Shown: one piece after another, positions 61,272 to 64,000 of the stretch
Numbering within the stretch: the stretch's first letter is position 1
How the letters are laid out: each line of letters opens with the position of its first letter
NCBI GenBank assembly: GCA_965200315.1
Contig: OZ241362.1
Coordinates: 4,352,001 to 4,416,000, forward strand
Direction: 5' to 3'
Length of the DNA: 64,000 nt
Source of the DNA: Candidatus Latescibacterota bacterium
GTDB taxonomy: Bacteria > Latescibacterota > UBA2968 > UBA8231
Notes under the pieces: model-generated
What the model was told of the DNA's origin: nothing
Database searches by the model: none
Seen by the model: the letters and a program-made list of their open reading frames with translations, nothing else
Position numbers and translations under genes: made by a program

Positions 61272-62144
61272 CTACGCAAAGCAGGCCCGCAAGAAACCGT
61301 TGAAGGCGTCGGCGTCTTTGCGGTGGTTGTATTTCCAGACCGCTTCTGCTACGAACAAGGGCGACCAACCTTTCGTGTACTTATGATGCGAGCCGTACCA
61401 AGCGCGTTTGAGCAACGACCAAAAGCCTTCAATGGTATTGGTGTGTAGGGTCTTGTTGCTGGCGTCAACGTATTCCTCGGTGCGGTGGTTGACGGTGCGG
61501 TGCGGCATCAGCTTGTGAGCGTTGAAATAAACCGTGTACTCGTCCGTAATCAACGACGATTCTTCTACCTCGACAGACTGCGCGATAAAGTCCAAGACGG
61601 TCGCGGCCTTAGTGTCGTCTGGTACAGCGGCTTTGACGCGCCCCCCGCGCTGGACGGCTCCAACGACGGGCGTTTTGCCAGTACCGCGCCCGCGCTTGTT
61701 GTTGTCGTTCTTGTAGCGAGGCTTACCGCCTACATACGTTTCGTCGGCCTCGATGATGCCGCGCAGTAGGGCCTTTTCGTCCGATGCCATAGCGGCGCGA
61801 ATCCGCTGTTGCATGAACCACGCGCTTTTCTGGTTGAGTTCCAGATCGCGGGCTAGCTGGCAACTCGACAAGCTCTTTTTGGCGTTGGCCATTAGCGAGA
61901 TGGCCAAGAACCACTTTTGCAGCGGGATTTTGGTCCCCTGAAAAATGGTTTGGGACAAGACATTAAAACTAGAATGGCAGCCGTGGCAGTTCCAGCGGCC
62001 TACACGCTCATTCTCCGCTTTGCGGGCAACGTCACAATCGCCGCACAACGGGCAATAGGGGGCATTATTCCAGCGGATTTGCTCTAGATGAGCGATGCAA
62101 GCGGCTTGGTCGGGGTACTGATTGAAGATGCTTATTAGGTTCAT
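61272..62144 (-). CDS. IS1595 family DDE transposase
   Basis: Zn ribbon CPLC..CHGC, EADETYVGG, ITDE, HTNTIEGFWSLLKR; RBS AAGGAGG before ATG 62144. Confidence 0.95.
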   Translation of the reverse strand: MNLISIFNQYPDQAACIAHLEQIRWNNAPYCPLCGDCDVARKAENERVGRWNCHGCHSSFNVLSQTIFQGTKIPLQKWFLAISLMANAKKSLSSCQLARDLELNQKSAWFMQQRIRAAMASDEKALLRGIIEADETYVGGKPRYKNDNNKRGRGTGKTPVVGAVQRGGRVKAAVPDDTKAATVLDFIAQSVEVEESSLITDEYTVYFNAHKLMPHRTVNHRTEEYVDASNKTLHTNTIEGFWSLLKRAWYGSHHKYTKGWSPLFVAEAVWKYNHRKDADAFNGFLRACFA

Positions 62145-62202
62145 TTTCGTACCTCCTTTAACTACTATAAAGATAGGAAAATAAAGAAGATATGGCAAGC
62201 CC

Positions 62203-63459
62203 TTAAATACTAATTGCCTTGCATTTTTTGCTTTTTTGCCAAGTGGCATAGACGCAGTATTCAAAAAGTTCTTTTTTACTGTTGCGCTTTCTTATTACTT
62301 TGCTTCCTATATTGGTGAATCCGCTACTTGCCAAGGATTCCGCCAGTATTTCTTGTGTGCGAACTTGGATTCCGTAGAAGCTGGAGTTGCCAACAATATA
62401 TGAGAGCACCGCACCGCTCCTCAATTTTCTTCGCAAGTTTTGCAGATGTACGTGCATATCGTGAAAGTACTTCCACACGTAATTTGCCATCAGATCAGCA
62501 TTTTTTTCTTTAGTTTTCAGTATTTGCGAAACGGCGCAATTCAATGAGCGCGGAAGTTCAATCTCGTTTGATTGCCAGTTTTTAAGCCTACTAGTTGCAA
62601 TCCCCCACGTTCCGCCAATAGATTTCCAATCTAACTCGCTAGCCTCCCGGGCAGAATCGAGAAATTTGGTCCAGTACATGTACGGACGAAGTTCGCGGAC
62701 GTAGCTCATACGGTTTGGATATGGTGGCGAAGTGACGACGTGTGAATACTTTTCTTCGTCGATTGAAATGAGTTCTATTGAATCTGCATAGTACGCGGTG
62801 GATGAACCCGCAAGTTTTTCGCTGGCACTTTCGATGATAGTGCTTAACGCATTCTGATACAGGCACTCAATCTGTTCGATAGTGTGGGGCTTTACACCGT
62901 CGCGAAAGGACATGGATACGTGATTGAACGCCGCTGCCGATGTCTCAATAGCTACGCGGCAAAATGCGATCCATACCAAAGCTGAAACATGGCCTTCTGT
63001 GGGTTCGCCAAACCGCTCGACGAGTGCATTGCGAAGTACAGCGAGTACTTGCAAGGTGCATTTAGGCCACCATCGAGTAATGTTATATATATTGGGCACC
63101 CAGTTATCTCCATTTGCAACGTTCTTGCAAGTTGAAAAAATTTGAGTGCTTTCTTCCTTTAACCCTTCCAGTTCTCTTTTTGAATAGTTGCGGCACTTGG
63201 CATTTCCAAGCCATATAAGAAATGGGTTTATATCAAGACAGTGTGCAGACAATCCGCGCTCGGCGGCGACTAGGCCGCTCGTAGCGGTCCCCGAAAAGGG
63301 ATCGAGAATGAAGGAGTCCTTTGGAACGCTAGCGATAATTTCGCTTACGAGTTTGACCGAATAGGCGGGTGTCAAGCGCAGCCATCCGTGCCGCCCGATA
63401 TTCTCGTTGTACTTGAACGTATAGTCTGCTTGCCGTTTAATTCTATTCACGTCTATCAC
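62203..63459 (-). CDS. Amino-DNA methyltransferase (probably m4C), last residues supplied by IS TIR
   Basis: Motif I ILDPFSGTAT, motif IV VTSPPY; stop codon lies inside the TIR. Confidence 0.85.
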   Translation of the reverse strand: MIDVNRIKRQADYTFKYNENIGRHGWLRLTPAYSVKLVSEIIASVPKDSFILDPFSGTATSGLVAAERGLSAHCLDINPFLIWLGNAKCRNYSKRELEGLKEESTQIFSTCKNVANGDNWVPNIYNITRWWPKCTLQVLAVLRNALVERFGEPTEGHVSALVWIAFCRVAIETSAAAFNHVSMSFRDGVKPHTIEQIECLYQNALSTIIESASEKLAGSSTAYYADSIELISIDEEKYSHVVTSPPYPNRMSYVRELRPYMYWTKFLDSAREASELDWKSIGGTWGIATSRLKNWQSNEIELPRSLNCAVSQILKTKEKNADLMANYVWKYFHDMHVHLQNLRRKLRSGAVLSYIVGNSSFYGIQVRTQEILAESLASSGFTNIGSKVIRKRNSKKELFEYCVYATWQKSKKCKAISI

Positions 63460-64000
63460 TCAGCACTTAGCAATTGTTCGAGCACATCGTTGATTTCCGT
63501 TCTTATAATCTCCGTATGATGCTTGAAAAAACCTGCTAAGTCGTAACCTAAGATCTGTTTGCAGAACGCGTATAAGGATTCTTTATTGTTTTCATTGGTG
63601 ACGCCGATGAGTATTCCACAACGATCATTACGGTATCTCAGAATGATGTCAGTATCAATTTGAGAAGAAAAAGCAGCAAATACTGGTAAGTAGCTGTTCG
63701 CCCATGCTACGGTCGCGTTGTCAATATCTGCATGTTGACGTTTAGAATCTTTGCTTTTGTATCCTTGGCGAATTTCAAAAACAACCCCGTTGGATGGTTG
63801 GGAAACTTGGCTCAAGTCTGCACAGTATTCTTTGATCCATAACTCGACATTCGTCAATACTTCCCGATTTCTGATTTCTGCAAGTTCCAACCTACCATCA
63901 AGAGACAGGGTTTTAGATTGGCCTGAACGAGTTTGGGTAGTGTAAGACCATGCAGCAGACTCAGGAGTTGTATAGCCAGTGGAGTCAATTAGAATGTCGC
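63456..64000 (-). CDS. Probable type II restriction endonuclease, 5' end outside window
   Basis: Frame open to the window edge; LDGR...FEIRQGYKSKD PD-(D/E)xK-like pattern; GTGA-coupled to the MTase. Confidence 0.65.
   Translation of the reverse strand, partial: DILIDSTGYTTPESAAWSYTTQTRSGQSKTLSLDGRLELAEIRNREVLTNVELWIKEYCADLSQVSQPSNGVVFEIRQGYKSKDSKRQHADIDNATVAWANSYLPVFAAFSSQIDTDIILRYRNDRCGILIGVTNENNKESLYAFCKQILGYDLAGFFKHHTEIIRTEINDVLEQLLSAE

Larger units (their letters stand above)
60376..62218 (-). mobile_element. IS1595-family element with passenger genes (1843 bp)
   Basis: Perfect 23-bp TIRs GGCAATTAGTATTTAAGGGCTTG (60376-60398 and 62196-62218) enclosing the transposase and two passenger genes. 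Confidence 0.9.

Overview
GC-rich bacterial chromosome window. The gene repertoire (FlgD-Ig and DUF4159 proteins, a C-terminal TAVxxxSWGxLK protein, sulfatase, several enolase-superfamily and sugar-acid enzymes) suggests a Latescibacterota/Poribacteria-like lineage; this is an inference. The backbone carries a partial ElbD-like reductase/adenylation/carrier lipid enzyme, a DAG-kinase plus MCE/Mla operon, folA, aspC, nadC, proS and thrS. Two accessory regions stand out. (1) An AT-rich five-gene island at 23.2-30.1 kb encodes a dynamin-like GTPase, a GTPase-less membrane-hairpin protein, a large HerA/FtsK-type ATPase, a WHH/HNH nuclease with no recognisable export domain and an SMI1/KNR4 immunity protein. 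This is the best candidate for an undescribed toxin-delivery or defence system. (2) A defence island at 54.9-64 kb holds a membrane/VWA gene pair, RelBE, a 5'-truncated type III Res gene running in frame into the antitoxin, an IS1595 element (23-bp perfect TIRs) carrying a half-HsdS, and a type II R-M pair. Unannotated non-coding features include a leaderless Thr-rich attenuator peptide upstream of thrS, a rod-like structured RNA candidate next to proS, and a 50-bp duplication of the acetolactate synthase 3' end flanking a uxuA-like gene. No rRNA, tRNA or CRISPR array was seen. All family calls are by motif recognition; no database searches were run.
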